64,000 bases of DNA, taken from a virus. The notes beneath the pieces were generated by a model. That model made no database searches. It saw nothing but the letters and a program-made list of their open reading frames with translations, and was not told the DNA's origin. Shown here piece after piece: positions 1-12,300 of this stretch (within the stretch, counting starts at the first letter, position 1; each line of letters opens with the position of its first letter). The stretch spans positions 5,508 to 69,507 of IMG/VR virus record IMGVR_UViG_3300021375_000025; one strand, written 5' to 3'. Both the position numbers and the translations under genes were made by a program.

Positions 1-3000
1 GCTAACCCAGAAAACACAGATATTATTCCAGGTAAAGTTGTACGTGGTAAAAACTCAGGTGCTATTGGACGTATTATTGATTACAAATACGAAGCAGGTC
101 CGAGAGCAGTTAGTGTAGTGGGCACTGACGAAATTGAAGTGCAGCTATTAGAGCCAGTTGAGTTTGTAGCAGGTGAACCATTAGAGTATGGCAACTTTGT
201 CCGTGAAACACAGATTTCCATTAGAGTTGAATCAGGTATTTACGAAGAGGACTATCCGATTCGTGTTCCGGCAAACGTAAGTGTAAAAGGCGACGAATTT
301 AGACGTTGTATTATCCGTCCAAAGAAACGTGTATCACAATCACGTTGGGCAAATACATTCTTCTATCGTGACGCAGAGTTTGACGGTCTTGTACTCGGTA
401 AATCAGATATTGAAGCAGTTGCATTTGACGCTCAGCCTAATGCATCACGAACTCCAGGCACATATTCAGTAAGTTTATGGTCTACAGATAAATTCGGTAA
501 AGATGCAGAATTTGATATTACTATCGATGGTTCTGGTGCAGTAACAGATATTGCAATTACTAATGCAGGTAAAGACTTCCAGCACGGCGAACGACTAACT
601 GTAAGTGACGATCAACTTGGTAGCGGAGGAGCTACTAGTGTCACATTTACTATTGCTAGTATTCCAAATGGTATTGAATACATAAATCCACTAACAGGAA
701 AAGCTGATGGATATTTTGGATATCACTATCTAACACAGCCTGAAAAACTTAAAAATACAGGTGCTGGTTATGAAAATGTAGGCAAGTGGGAAACAAATGC
801 ACTTACACTAATTGACAACAGAGAATTTATTCAAGAGCAGGTTGTTAACTACATTGAAACAACATATCCTGCACTAGTAGGCTCTTACAGCAGAGCAAAA
901 TGTTTTAGAGACGTAGGTTTAATTGTTGATGCACTTGTAAAAGACTTCCGCAATGGTAGTAACGAGTTTTCACTAGAAGCACAAGGTGAATACTATGCAG
1001 GTGCAGTGGAAGCAGGAACAGAAGATGAAACAGTTGCAGGTATACAACATATCTATACTATTGCAAGCAAATTAATAATTGGTGAAAATCCAACTACGCT
1101 TTATAATCAAGCCGGTGGTGGCGCAGGCGACAGAATGTATGCAGCAGACTTGTTCAATGGTTCAGGAGAGCCAGCAGCATGGACAACTTCTCAGACTTAT
1201 AGACTAGGTAATGTTATTAAATTTACAACCGGACTAGGTGTAACAACATATTATACCCCAACTAAAGAACATACTAGTGGTGCTAATTTTAATGCAGCAG
1301 AGATTGCAGAATACTGGAGAGTAATCGACGGTCCTGCAACTGTATTGCAAAACTTAATTAACACTGTAAAATTTGCATTTAACGAAAATTATAATCCCCC
1401 ATTGCGTAACGATCAATTAGATGTGTTCTTGATGAATGATGCTACAATTATACGTAACTTGACTGTACAAGGACACGGTGGATTTATGTGTGTTCTTGAT
1501 CCTGAAGGTCAGGTTCTAACTAAATCACCGTACATACAAACCGGATCAAGCTTTTCACAGTCACTTAACAAACAAGCCTTTAGAGGCGGCTTATTTGTAG
1601 ATGCATTTGTTGGTAACTCAGCAGTACAAGTTACAGAAAAAGTAGACGGCTCGCCATTCAGATTAAAAATTAAAAGTTTAGGCTCGTCGACACAACCGCA
1701 AGGTTTATATGTAAGACGTCCAGAAACGCCTAGTGCTTTCTATATCGACGGCAGACGTTTCCAAGTTAACGCTGTTACAGCTTATGATAAAAGTTTAGGT
1801 ACAGCAGAACTTATACTTTCGCCAAACTCAAATAGCGGAGACGGATTTACTGGCGTAACAAGTGCATTAGCAACAGGGATTGACTTAGACGATCTAAGTT
1901 CTCCAATTCCATTAACATTACAAACAGCTGGTAACAGATCAATCCTAGGTAATGACTTTACACAAGTTAATGACTTAGGATATGGACTTGTTGCAGCTAA
2001 CGGTGCGCTATCAGAAATGGTTAGTATGTTTACATACTACTGTCATGCTAGTTACTATTCTAAAAACGGTGCTGAGATTAGATCACTAACAGGTTCAAGT
2101 TGTTATGGTGAGTTTGGACTAGTTGCAGAAGGATCAGATCCAAACGAGATTCCAGACGCAGTTGCATTGTATCAAGATATGACTCAACCTGCCAAAGCGT
2201 TTGACGTTGATGTAATACTAACATTAACAGGTCCGGTAATACTAACAAGTGGAGAAACAGTTACACAATCACTTAGTGGAGCAACAGGCAACGTTGCAGT
2301 TGCAACAAGTACAACAGGTGGTTCTAATGTAATATATATAACAAATATTTCAGGTGCATTTGATACAACTAATGAACTAACAGGCAGTGTAAGTGGTGCT
2401 CTTGGTGCAACCAGTGTTCCGATTAGTGTCGACTCAAATGGGTATGACAATCCTAAAGAAAGTCTAGCAGTATACGTATATGATATGCAAGATCCGCCAA
2501 GTAATAGATCAGAAGTTAACATATATCATCCTACTCGTCCAGCATTTGCACGTTACGAAGTTGCAAACGCAGAACTAGTACAGCATCATATTGGTGAATA
2601 TCCGTTACTTGCAGAAACAACAGACTATACAGCAACTAAAGTAAATCCAGCTGCTGTTGGATTTATATTTAATTTATACAAAACAATTGACGCAGGTTAT
2701 AGTGTAGAATTTGCAGTTGCAAATGACGGTGTTAATTATACAGTAGGCGACACGTTTGTTGTTGACGGGTCACTATTAGGTGGTGTTACATTAACAAACG
2801 ATGCAACTATAACTGTTGACGAAGTTGATCTTGCTGGCGCTATCGTTGCTGTATCAGCAACTGGTACTATTGTAATAGAAGACAGTACTCCGATGTACAG
2901 TGGTAAAGTTTACAAATTAAACTTTAGTACAAGTGACTCGCAATTTAGTGCAAACGGTCTACTAGAAATTGTACCATTTAACACAAGTATTGTCTACTAT

Positions 3001-6000
3001 AGAAACCAAACACACATTATCAGCGACTTAGCTCGTCCAGATGTACTAACAATTCGACCAAGTACAGCACTAACGTTTGACGAAAATCCAGACTTTGTAT
3101 ACAGAAGTATTAGTTTCTTAACTAGTGATAGTTTAGGCAATGAGTTGCCTACTAACACTTCACAAGCAGGTCTTGATAGTACATATGATTTTATTAGATT
3201 AACAGTTGATTCGGCAAAGGCACAAGAAGTTGCACTAGCAGGCACAGGTACTACAAAAGGTAATACAGTAGGAGATGTTGTACTTGCTGTTAAACTAGCT
3301 GATGCAAATGAAATATTTAGACTTAACAACAATGCAAGAACGCCAACAGGAAATAGACCAGCAGGCTGGACTGTTGACAGTTTAGCTATTGAAGCACCTA
3401 TTATAACATGGGCAGGTAAGAAACATTATGTGTTCAATTACCGTGGAGTTGGTGCTGGAGATATAGTTGAAGAACCAGGTGAAGATAACATATATGCAAT
3501 TGTTGATTTGGTCGATTATGATACAATTAACCAAACAAATGCAACTGGTATTGCGAGCACGACTGTACTAGGCGGCGAAGTAGTCACACTACGTGCAGGC
3601 CTAAAAGCAGGCGCAACCGGCAGTGTCACAGTTAACATTAGTACATGTCGTGCAACAGGACATGATTTCTTAGACATCGGCACCGGCGGATTTAATAGTA
3701 GTAACTATCCAAATGTTATTTTTGGTGAACCAGGTGAGAAGAAAGAATCTAACGAAGTTGTTGAAAAAGGCAAAGGTCGTGTGTTCTATGTAAGTACAGA
3801 CCAAAACGGTATCTTTAGAGTTGGTAGATTCTTTAGTGTGGATCAGGGTACTGGTACTGTTACATTTAGTGCAAGTCTTGCGCTTTCGGACGTAGACGGA
3901 CTAGGCTTTAAGCGTGGTGTTGTTATTACTGAATTTAGTACAGACACTGCGATGGTTGATAATGCTTCAGATACAGTACCAACAGAAAGTGCTGTACGTG
4001 GTTATGTAAATAGACGCTTAGGCTACGATGTAACAGGTGCTCCTGTTGCTAACATATTAGGCCCAGGTGTGCTTGCTCCGAACGGCGCTGTGCCAATGAC
4101 AGACGATCTCAATGCTGCTGGCAATACTATTACTAATTTAGCAACACCAGTACAGCCAGCAGATGCTGCAACTAAATCATATGTTGATAGCGGACGTGGT
4201 GACATGGACGAAATTAAAGATTTACGTAGTGTTGAATATAATAACATTGATAGGAATCAGTTACTGGTATCCACAGGCAAAAAGAAACTTATTTTAGATG
4301 CAGGTAGTATACTAGGCGGTGGCTTTGTAGCCGGTGATGTAATTACAGGTAGTATATCAGGTGCAACAGGTACAATTATTGATGTTGTTGATGGACTTGT
4401 TGGTATTGAAGGTAATATTGTTGAAATTACGTACGATGTACTGACAGGAGTATTTAGTGATGGCAAGCCTGCAGATGGACCAGCAGCTGATGTACTTACT
4501 GCACCAGGCGGAAAGCAAGGTAATGTTGTCGATGGTCCAGTAGATGAATGGGCTAACGGCGTTGCAAACCCAGCAAGTGATATACAAATACTTACTTCTA
4601 GGACACCTGGTGTTGGTAGACAAACTACACTTAATTTACAAATTAACGCAGACACAATTGTTAATAGCGACATTTCTGGTACAGCGCAAATTGCACAAAG
4701 TAAGTTAAATCTAGAAGCAGCAACGACTAGAGCAAATGCAACAGGTATTGCACAAGCTGATTTAGGTAGTGCAGCATTTGATGATGCTAAATTTGAAGTT
4801 ACAGATGGTTGGGTAACTGTTAAAACAGGAAGTGTAAATCTAGCAGACCTAGAAAATATTGCAACTGATACAGTTCTTGGACGCAGTGCAGTTGGAACGG
4901 GTGCAGTAAGTGCAATACCATTTAGTACAATAGTTGATGAAGGCTTAGGTTTAGCTGACGGAGACTTTACTACTATAATATTAGCAGCTAGTGATGCCGG
5001 CGAAGCACTAATTAAAACAGGCGCAGGTACATATGGTATTTCAAATGTTACTACAACAGGCGAAGTTAATTCAATTGTTAAAACAGATGCAGACGGTAGT
5101 GTACAAGCTAACTCACTAATACTAGGCGGTGACAGCAGCTATGAGGTATTAAGTTTAGATAGTCTAACACTTAATGTTAAAACACCGTCACAGGGTCTAA
5201 TATTTACAGCAGTTGGCGGCGCGGATGCAGGATTGCCTACAGCAACATATCCAGATATGTTAATTAGTGGTAGTGTTGGCGTCGGCGGAACTGGCATCGC
5301 AGAAAGTATTCTACAAAGTACGTCAAACTTTAACGGCGAAAAAGTACTAGGTGTTGACTGGATTTATAGTAGCTTTATTGAAGCACCAGGTGAAAAAGGT
5401 GCAGCAAGTACAGCTATTGCAATCGGTGCTAATACTGGTAAAACAACTGCTGGACAAGTAGGTATTATTACTGCTGACACAGGAAGTGCTTCGAGTGTTG
5501 CACCTGCTATCTTTAGCTCAACAGGTATGGTACCAGATACCGATAACACATATGATATTGGTAGTGCATCTAAAAAGTACAAAGATGTTTATGCAACATT
5601 GTTCCGTGGTACTGCAACTGAATCATACTACGCTGACTTGGCAGAGAATTACTTGGCTGATGCGGAATATGCTCCAGGAACAGTAGTCGAGTTTGGTGGA
5701 GAAGCTGAAGTTACACAAAGCACAACACACGGTACACATCGTGTAGCAGGCGTTGTATCTACTAACCCAGCACATTTAATGAACTCACACTGTGAAGGTG
5801 ATAACGTTGTTGCAGTAGCACTACAAGGGCGTGTACCATGTAATGTAATTGGCAAGGTTTCCAAAGGCGATATGCTAGTAGCAAGTAATATTCCAGGATA
5901 TGCAGTTGTTAATAATACTCCAGGAGTTGGTAGTGTAATTGGTAAAGCTCTTGGAGATAAACTAGACGGTGATCGCGGCACAGTTGAAGTTGTGGTAGGA

Positions 6001-6009
6001 AAGCACTAA
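1..6009 (+). CDS. Very large virion structural / tail-fibre-like protein (5' truncated by the window edge) with a C-terminal intramolecular-chaperone (Peptidase_G2-like) domain
   Basis: Frame is open from base 1. G/T/S/V-rich, >1960 aa. The C-terminus YADLAENY...VAGVVSTNPAHLMN...VALQGRVPCNVIG...GSVIGKAL is the typical fibre autocleavage-chaperone tail. Shares blocks with 36805..39072. Confidence 0.8.
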   Translation, partial: ANPENTDIIPGKVVRGKNSGAIGRIIDYKYEAGPRAVSVVGTDEIEVQLLEPVEFVAGEPLEYGNFVRETQISIRVESGIYEEDYPIRVPANVSVKGDEFRRCIIRPKKRVSQSRWANTFFYRDAEFDGLVLGKSDIEAVAFDAQPNASRTPGTYSVSLWSTDKFGKDAEFDITIDGSGAVTDIAITNAGKDFQHGERLTVSDDQLGSGGATSVTFTIASIPNGIEYINPLTGKADGYFGYHYLTQPEKLKNTGAGYENVGKWETNALTLIDNREFIQEQVVNYIETTYPALVGSYSRAKCFRDVGLIVDALVKDFRNGSNEFSLEAQGEYYAGAVEAGTEDETVAGIQHIYTIASKLIIGENPTTLYNQAGGGAGDRMYAADLFNGSGEPAAWTTSQTYRLGNVIKFTTGLGVTTYYTPTKEHTSGANFNAAEIAEYWRVIDGPATVLQNLINTVKFAFNENYNPPLRNDQLDVFLMNDATIIRNLTVQGHGGFMCVLDPEGQVLTKSPYIQTGSSFSQSLNKQAFRGGLFVDAFVGNSAVQVTEKVDGSPFRLKIKSLGSSTQPQGLYVRRPETPSAFYIDGRRFQVNAVTAYDKSLGTAELILSPNSNSGDGFTGVTSALATGIDLDDLSSPIPLTLQTAGNRSILGNDFTQVNDLGYGLVAANGALSEMVSMFTYYCHASYYSKNGAEIRSLTGSSCYGEFGLVAEGSDPNEIPDAVALYQDMTQPAKAFDVDVILTLTGPVILTSGETVTQSLSGATGNVAVATSTTGGSNVIYITNISGAFDTTNELTGSVSGALGATSVPISVDSNGYDNPKESLAVYVYDMQDPPSNRSEVNIYHPTRPAFARYEVANAELVQHHIGEYPLLAETTDYTATKVNPAAVGFIFNLYKTIDAGYSVEFAVANDGVNYTVGDTFVVDGSLLGGVTLTNDATITVDEVDLAGAIVAVSATGTIVIEDSTPMYSGKVYKLNFSTSDSQFSANGLLEIVPFNTSIVYYRNQTHIISDLARPDVLTIRPSTALTFDENPDFVYRSISFLTSDSLGNELPTNTSQAGLDSTYDFIRLTVDSAKAQEVALAGTGTTKGNTVGDVVLAVKLADANEIFRLNNNARTPTGNRPAGWTVDSLAIEAPIITWAGKKHYVFNYRGVGAGDIVEEPGEDNIYAIVDLVDYDTINQTNATGIASTTVLGGEVVTLRAGLKAGATGSVTVNISTCRATGHDFLDIGTGGFNSSNYPNVIFGEPGEKKESNEVVEKGKGRVFYVSTDQNGIFRVGRFFSVDQGTGTVTFSASLALSDVDGLGFKRGVVITEFSTDTAMVDNASDTVPTESAVRGYVNRRLGYDVTGAPVANILGPGVLAPNGAVPMTDDLNAAGNTITNLATPVQPADAATKSYVDSGRGDMDEIKDLRSVEYNNIDRNQLLVSTGKKKLILDAGSILGGGFVAGDVITGSISGATGTIIDVVDGLVGIEGNIVEITYDVLTGVFSDGKPADGPAADVLTAPGGKQGNVVDGPVDEWANGVANPASDIQILTSRTPGVGRQTTLNLQINADTIVNSDISGTAQIAQSKLNLEAATTRANATGIAQADLGSAAFDDAKFEVTDGWVTVKTGSVNLADLENIATDTVLGRSAVGTGAVSAIPFSTIVDEGLGLADGDFTTIILAASDAGEALIKTGAGTYGISNVTTTGEVNSIVKTDADGSVQANSLILGGDSSYEVLSLDSLTLNVKTPSQGLIFTAVGGADAGLPTATYPDMLISGSVGVGGTGIAESILQSTSNFNGEKVLGVDWIYSSFIEAPGEKGAASTAIAIGANTGKTTAGQVGIITADTGSASSVAPAIFSSTGMVPDTDNTYDIGSASKKYKDVYATLFRGTATESYYADLAENYLADAEYAPGTVVEFGGEAEVTQSTTHGTHRVAGVVSTNPAHLMNSHCEGDNVVAVALQGRVPCNVIGKVSKGDMLVASNIPGYAVVNNTPGVGSVIGKALGDKLDGDRGTVEVVVGKH

Positions 6010-6161
6010 TGGATAAGAACGCTGTAGACAAATTAATTAAAGCTGGTGTAAAAGCCAGCAATGATACTAAAAATCCTCAGCAGAGGCAAGTAATTGCTAC
6101 TGCTGGAAAACTACGAATTCAAGTAAACAAAGGGGCGGAACGTGGCAAAACAAACAATTAA
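6009..6161 (+). CDS. Small basic hypothetical protein (50 aa, MDKNAVDKLIKAG...)
   Basis: ATG overlaps the upstream stop (TAATG) and the ORF fills the gap to the next gene; below the ORF-track cutoff. Confidence 0.55.
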   Translation: MDKNAVDKLIKAGVKASNDTKNPQQRQVIATAGKLRIQVNKGAERGKTNN

Positions 6162-6345
6162 TTTAGGTACAAGTGCCAATAAAGGCGACGGCGATCCGTT
6201 GCGCACAGCATTTGATAAAGTTAACGACAATTTTAATGAGTTATACACAACTGATGGAACTTTTATTAGTTTAGCTACTCTAAAAACAGAAGTAGCAGCA
6301 TCAACAAGCTTCGAAGACTTCCAAGCTAGGATTGCAGCACTTTAA
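6142..6345 (+). CDS. Small structural protein consisting almost only of a T4 gp9/gp10-like N-terminal motif
   Basis: MAKQTINLGTSANKGDGDPLRTAFDKVNDNFNELY resembles the gp9/gp10 N-terminus (..NDGTGD.LR...K.N.NF.ELY). Confidence 0.7.
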   Translation: MAKQTINLGTSANKGDGDPLRTAFDKVNDNFNELYTTDGTFISLATLKTEVAASTSFEDFQARIAAL

Positions 6346-6353
6346 GCAGATAC

Positions 6354-6361
6354 GATAAATA
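6354..6361 (+). promoter_or_regulatory. T4-like late promoter (GATAAATA)
   Basis: Intergenic GATAAATA 24 nt upstream of the ATG at 6386; the motif recurs before many genes. Confidence 0.7.
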
Positions 6362-6385
6362 TGTATAACAATAGGATAGATTAGA

Positions 6386-9370
6386 ATGGCCAATAGATTT
6401 CCCCTAGTACTTGATACAACGGACAACAACAAGATTAAAGAAATCCAAACTGGGGATAACTTAAACCTTGCAGACAATAGTATCGTAGGTGTGCAGAACA
6501 TAACTGCACTAGGAACAATTGATGCTGCTGATATAAAGGTTAATGGCAACAGAATTGTTGCTCAAGCATTTAATGATCTAACAGATACTCCAAGTACATT
6601 TGTGGGTTCTCCGAACTACTTTGTAAAAGTTAAAGCAGACGGTACCGGATTAGAATACAGACCACTTAGTGATCTAGGCAACATTGAAATTGATACTATT
6701 ACTGTTGATACTAGTATTGTTCCGAGTACAACAAATGTAGGTAATTTAGGTACAGAAGCATTAAAGTTTAACGAAATTGTTGCTACTACCTTAAAAGGAA
6801 ACTTAGTTTCATACAACGAAGAAATTGTATTTGATGCGACAACTGGAAAAGTAAGTTATGCTGCGCTACAAGGTGCTCCAACTTTCCTTTCAGAATTTAC
6901 AGACGATGTTGGATTTTTAAGAACACAAGATTTAGATGACCAATTAGCTGGGCTGTTTGATGAAGGTCAGCAATTTGTAACAGACATACAAGGCAGTGTG
7001 TTCGGCGACGATAGTACTGTACTAGTAGATGGTGTAAATGGTATTATCACAGGTGATGTTTTAAATTCTCAAATTACTACAACAGATTTAATCACAACAA
7101 CTGCAAGAATTACTACAACAACAGCTACTACTATCAACGGACCAGCGGCAGGCAATCTAACAATTGATGCTGGAACAAGCGGGATTATAAACATAGGCAC
7201 AGGAGTTTCTACAACTACTGTTAACATCGAAAATGCTGTAATCGAAACATTTGATCAAGGTTCAGGTTTAGGTGTTGCACAAATCACAGCAAGTACTGAT
7301 CTAGAAATTACAGCAGGCAACAGAGTCAGAATAGAAGGCGGAATTCCTTTTAGATTTGCTTCAACTACTACAGCTCTTCAATTAGCAATTGGCGCTCAAG
7401 AAGGCGATGTGATCTACAATACCACATCGAGTCGTTTGCAAATGTATCAAGGCGGCTCGTGGAAAGATGTAAACGGTAACGTTGAAGCAACAACAGGAAC
7501 ATCAACTTTTAATGATGTTACTATAGCAGGCAACTTGATAGTACAAGGTACAACTACAAGTATCGAAACAACTAATACAACAATTACTGATAATGTAATT
7601 GTTTTGAATAACGGTGAAGTAGGTGCTGGTGTAACTGCTACTACGTCAGGTATCGAAGTTGATAGAGGTTCGGCAGATAATAGGTCCTTAGTATGGACAG
7701 AAAACTTTGGTGGCAAATGGATAGTCACTGATGATGCTACATTCCTTGCTAATAGAATTGAAGCTAATTACCTTGTAGGAAGTTTATCAGTATCGACTGA
7801 TGATCTTGTAATGACAGACGGTAATGTTACTGCAACTGGCACACTTACAATGGGCGGCAACGGAATTGTACAAGTTGTTAGTGTCTCAACTGATATTGAA
7901 TTGTTGCCAGTTGGTAAGGTATTTGTTGACGGTAACTTAGAAGTTACAGGAAATACCACTATTACAGGTAGTATAGAAGCAGCAGCATTTAAAGGTACGT
8001 TTGTAGGTGACGATAGTACTATACTAGTAGACGGTGTTGCAGGCAAGATTGTAGGCGATATTGACAATGCCGAAGTAGTTACAACAACTGTACAAGGTAG
8101 AGATAGCGAAGCATTAAACATTTACAGAGGCACAACTGGTTCTGTATTAGTGGGCGATGCGTCAAGTGGATCAATGAGTGTTAGTGACAGCGGCATTAAT
8201 ATTACTGCTACTGCCGGAGTTGATATCAACGGCGCTGCAACTGGAACAGTTAATATCGGCACAGGTGCTACAACCGGAAATGTTACTATTGGTAAGGTAG
8301 GAAATACTACAACAATCAATGGAACACTTAATGCTGCACTAACAGGCAATGTAAACGGTAATATAACTGGTGATGTAACTGGTGATGTAACTGGTAACAT
8401 CGACAACACTGCACTAACTATAGGCACAACAGATGCAGCAACAATTGCAATCGGTAATGCAGGTAGCACAACTACAATTAATGGAATAGTTAATTTTGGT
8501 ACAGCATTAGTTGCAGCTAATATTACAGCAGATGATAGTATTATTATTCAAACAGACGGCAATAGTGCGTCTGAAGCAATAACACTATTCCCAAAAGGCA
8601 CAGACACATCGATTTATTTAAGAGCTAATGCACTAAGATTGTTAGGTACACCATTTGTAGATTCAATAGCAGCTCAAGGCGGCATTGTTGGAGACATAAA
8701 AGGTAGTGTTGTAGCAGACGATAGTACTATACTAGTCGACAGTGTAGGCGGCAAGATTGTAGGCGATATAGAATCTACAAACATACACGGGCAAGCATTT
8801 AAAGCAGATACAATTGTTAATAATACTGGTGATATATTAGATATCACAGCAGGTACATTCTTAAACATATTTGGCGGAGCAGACGATCTTGGTATATCAA
8901 ATATACAACTAGACAAGAATGGCATTAATCATATTGAATTAAAAACAGAGCCAGGAAATCCTCTAGATCCAAGTGACTATGCAAGAATTGCAATCAATGC
9001 TGGTACCAATGAAGGCGATGTAAGAATTGGTACTCCGACATCGACAAGAAATCAAGTTGTAGAAATATATAATGCAACTGTTACTGGATCGTTAATTGGT
9101 TCAGTTACTGGTTCAGTTACTGGTTCAGTTACTGGTGACTTACAAGGTAGTGTATTTGCAGACGATAGTTCTGTTATGGTAGATGGATTAAACTATGCAA
9201 TCTTTAGTGATATGATGACACTAACTCCATTAAATGTAGAACCAGATTCTCCTGTTAGCGGAATGATAGTAGTAGCAGACGGTGTAAGTTGGGATCCAGG
9301 ATTTACCGGAGTAGATACTTTAGTAGTGTACTTAAACGGTGCTTGGCGACAGGTTGCAGCTGGTGTATAA
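6386..9370 (+). CDS. Tail fibre / structural protein with GSVFxDDSTxLVDG repeats
   Basis: 994 aa, T/G/V-rich; four copies of G(S/T)(V/F)xxDDS(T/S)xxVD; GxVT repeats. Confidence 0.7.
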   Translation: MANRFPLVLDTTDNNKIKEIQTGDNLNLADNSIVGVQNITALGTIDAADIKVNGNRIVAQAFNDLTDTPSTFVGSPNYFVKVKADGTGLEYRPLSDLGNIEIDTITVDTSIVPSTTNVGNLGTEALKFNEIVATTLKGNLVSYNEEIVFDATTGKVSYAALQGAPTFLSEFTDDVGFLRTQDLDDQLAGLFDEGQQFVTDIQGSVFGDDSTVLVDGVNGIITGDVLNSQITTTDLITTTARITTTTATTINGPAAGNLTIDAGTSGIINIGTGVSTTTVNIENAVIETFDQGSGLGVAQITASTDLEITAGNRVRIEGGIPFRFASTTTALQLAIGAQEGDVIYNTTSSRLQMYQGGSWKDVNGNVEATTGTSTFNDVTIAGNLIVQGTTTSIETTNTTITDNVIVLNNGEVGAGVTATTSGIEVDRGSADNRSLVWTENFGGKWIVTDDATFLANRIEANYLVGSLSVSTDDLVMTDGNVTATGTLTMGGNGIVQVVSVSTDIELLPVGKVFVDGNLEVTGNTTITGSIEAAAFKGTFVGDDSTILVDGVAGKIVGDIDNAEVVTTTVQGRDSEALNIYRGTTGSVLVGDASSGSMSVSDSGINITATAGVDINGAATGTVNIGTGATTGNVTIGKVGNTTTINGTLNAALTGNVNGNITGDVTGDVTGNIDNTALTIGTTDAATIAIGNAGSTTTINGIVNFGTALVAANITADDSIIIQTDGNSASEAITLFPKGTDTSIYLRANALRLLGTPFVDSIAAQGGIVGDIKGSVVADDSTILVDSVGGKIVGDIESTNIHGQAFKADTIVNNTGDILDITAGTFLNIFGGADDLGISNIQLDKNGINHIELKTEPGNPLDPSDYARIAINAGTNEGDVRIGTPTSTRNQVVEIYNATVTGSLIGSVTGSVTGSVTGDLQGSVFADDSSVMVDGLNYAIFSDMMTLTPLNVEPDSPVSGMIVVADGVSWDPGFTGVDTLVVYLNGAWRQVAAGV

Positions 9371-9371
9371 C

Positions 9372-9379
9372 GATAAATA
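9372..9379 (+). promoter_or_regulatory. T4-like late promoter (GATAAATA)
   Basis: Intergenic motif upstream of 9400. Confidence 0.7.
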
Positions 9380-9399
9380 TATAAAATAGGAAAAAGCAA

Positions 9400-12300
9400 A
9401 TGAGCGAAAAAGAATATATTGTAAGTTTAAATAAAGGTGTAGACTACGAAGCCTTTAATCAAGAAATGATTGCCGCAACAGGTGCAGGCGATATTCCAAG
9501 ACGCTCAGTTGATGTTGCTAATGCAAGACTTTCTTCAAACCGCAATACACACTATAGTTTAACTGATGCAGAAGCAGAAACACTAAGTAATGATCCTAGA
9601 GTATATGGTGTAACTTTGCTTCCAGATTTAGATCCAGATATTGGGATTGGGTTTGATACAGCCCAAACTGGAGACTTTACAAAAACTACACTGGACCGCG
9701 GTGACTTCCTAAACTGGGGTATGCGCAGAATGAACGAAGCTCTTAACCCGTATGTAGGAGTTAATGTAACTGGCAGCTATAATTATACGTTAGACGGTAC
9801 AGGTGTTGATGTAGTTATTATGGATAGCGGCCTACAGATTGACCATCCAGAATTTCAAGATGCAAATGGTGTAAGTAGAGTTGTAGAACTCGACTGGACA
9901 ACAGCTAGTGGAATTGTTGGCATGCCTGCACAAAGTGTAAACTACTACAGAGATTTTGACGGACACGGTACACATGTAGCTGGCACAGCAACAGGTAAAA
10001 CTTATGGTTGGGCAAAGAACGCTAAAATTTATAGTTTAAAACTTTCAGGTTTAGAAGGAGAAGGCGATAGCGGAACAGGGACAAGCGCAACGTATGCTTT
10101 TGATTGTATAAAAGAATGGCACAAAGCTAAGCCAATTGATCCTGCAACAGGTGCAAAACGTCCTACAGTAGTTAATATGAGTTGGGGATACCTTAGATTT
10201 TATGATACTGTTGTTAGTATGACTTATCGCGGAACTTCAAAAACTGGAACAGACATTGACTCAACTTCAAAGCGTTGGGCGTTCGGATTGCCGCCGACCA
10301 ACAATGGTGTACGATATACTACAAATGTTAGAATACCATCAGTTGATGTTGATATGGAAGAACTAATTGACGCAGGCGTACACGTTATGGTAGCGGCAGG
10401 CAATAGAAGTCACAAAGTTGACATAGTAGGCGGCGCCGATTACGATAATTTGCTTGTGGCTAATACTGGATCTGTAAACTATCAACGAGGTTCGTCGCCT
10501 TATAGTGTAAACGCACATATAGTCGGTAACGTAGATAGTAATATAAATGCAGGAGGATTAGAACAAAAAGCTGCAAGTTCAGAAGCAGGGCCAGGTGTTA
10601 GTGTATTTGCTCCAGGCACAGATATTATGAGTGCAATGAGTACTACAAACAAGTTCGGAGCAACTACGATTAATAATCCGTATCCTGCAAATTCAAGTTT
10701 CTTAATTAATAATATAAGCGGCACTAGTATGGCAGCTCCACAAGTAGCTGGAATGACAGCACTATGGTTGCAATTAAATCCTGGCGCAACACCTGCACAA
10801 GCACTAGCGTTTGTTAATACTACGGCTAAGACCACTGCACTATACGATACAGATTCTCCTGCTACTGATTATACTGATACTCGCAGCTTGTTGGGAGCAA
10901 CAAATAGATTTGCATTTAATAAATTTAACAGTGCAACACAACTAACTATGGGCACAGTAGCAGAAGCTGTTGCTCCTGGTGCAGTAGCAACATATTCATT
11001 GTCATCAAGTGCAGCAAGTGTTAATGAAGGCAGTAGTGTAACAATTACTCTTACTACTACTAATGTTGCTAATGGCACGTCAGTCGGGTATCTTATATCT
11101 GGCATCGAATCAGGCGATATTAGTGAATCACTCACAGGTAACTTTACTGTAACTGGAAATACAGCAACAGCTACATTTAATATAATAGCAGATGCGACTA
11201 CAGAAGGCGTACAAACTATGTTATTATCTCTAATTGGTATTAGTGAGTCTGTTAGTGTTACAGTTAATGATACAAGTACTACACCGTTAGTACCTGCTTA
11301 TGCAGTGTCACCAGCAGCAACCAACGTAAATGAAGGTAGTGCCTTAGTATTCAACGTTACTACAACTAACGTAAGTGATGCAACTACACTATATTGGAGT
11401 GTTACAAATGCAGGCGACTTTAGTACATCAACCGGTAGCTTTACAATTACAAGTAACGCAGGTTCGTTTAGTGTTACTCCAACTGCTGATACAACAACTG
11501 AAGGCGCAGAAACATTTACTGCAAGTGTGAGAACAGGTAGTGTAAGTGGAACAATAGTTGCAACTTCGAGTACAGTTACAATTAACGATACAAGTACTAC
11601 ACCTGGCGGCAGCGAATCTTACTCACTTGCTGTAAGTTCAAGTTCTCTCCAGGAAGGCGAGAAGACAACGTTCACACTTACTACAGCAAATGTAGCTGAT
11701 GCAACTAGCGTACCATACACAATCACAGGTGTTACTTCAAGTGATTTGAATACTGGTCCAAGGGCAAGCGGCACAGTAGGAAATACTGTAGGATACGGTA
11801 GTAATTTCTTTACTAGAGAAGTTAGAACAGCAGGTATTAGATTAGTTAGTGCAGGATCAGTAGGCGGACAAACAGCAGTACCAGATGCATTTATTGAAAA
11901 AGTAGCACGTATGTTCCAGTTGTTTACTGATAGTGCAGGTGCAGGTATTAACGCAGGCAAACAAAACCAAATGATAGAAACATTACTTGGTAATACAACA
12001 TCTTATCACTCGCCAAAGCCAACTATACAAAGAATTGCAAGAGGCGCCGGCGGAGATTATACTCCAAACTTCTTAGATGATGCAGGCATACGCTTTTGGG
12101 GTTTAGAACCATTGTTTGATGAAACAGTAGCTAACGATATGGTATGGTACTTAAACAGTAGTGGTACTCCTGGAACAGGCGACGAAGATGCACAAGAAGT
12201 TATTGAACATGTATTCCACACACTACACATGCATGGTATAGATGCAGTAACATTAAAAATGTATCCAACTCTAAGTGCAGATTGGGCAACTAGTGATTTG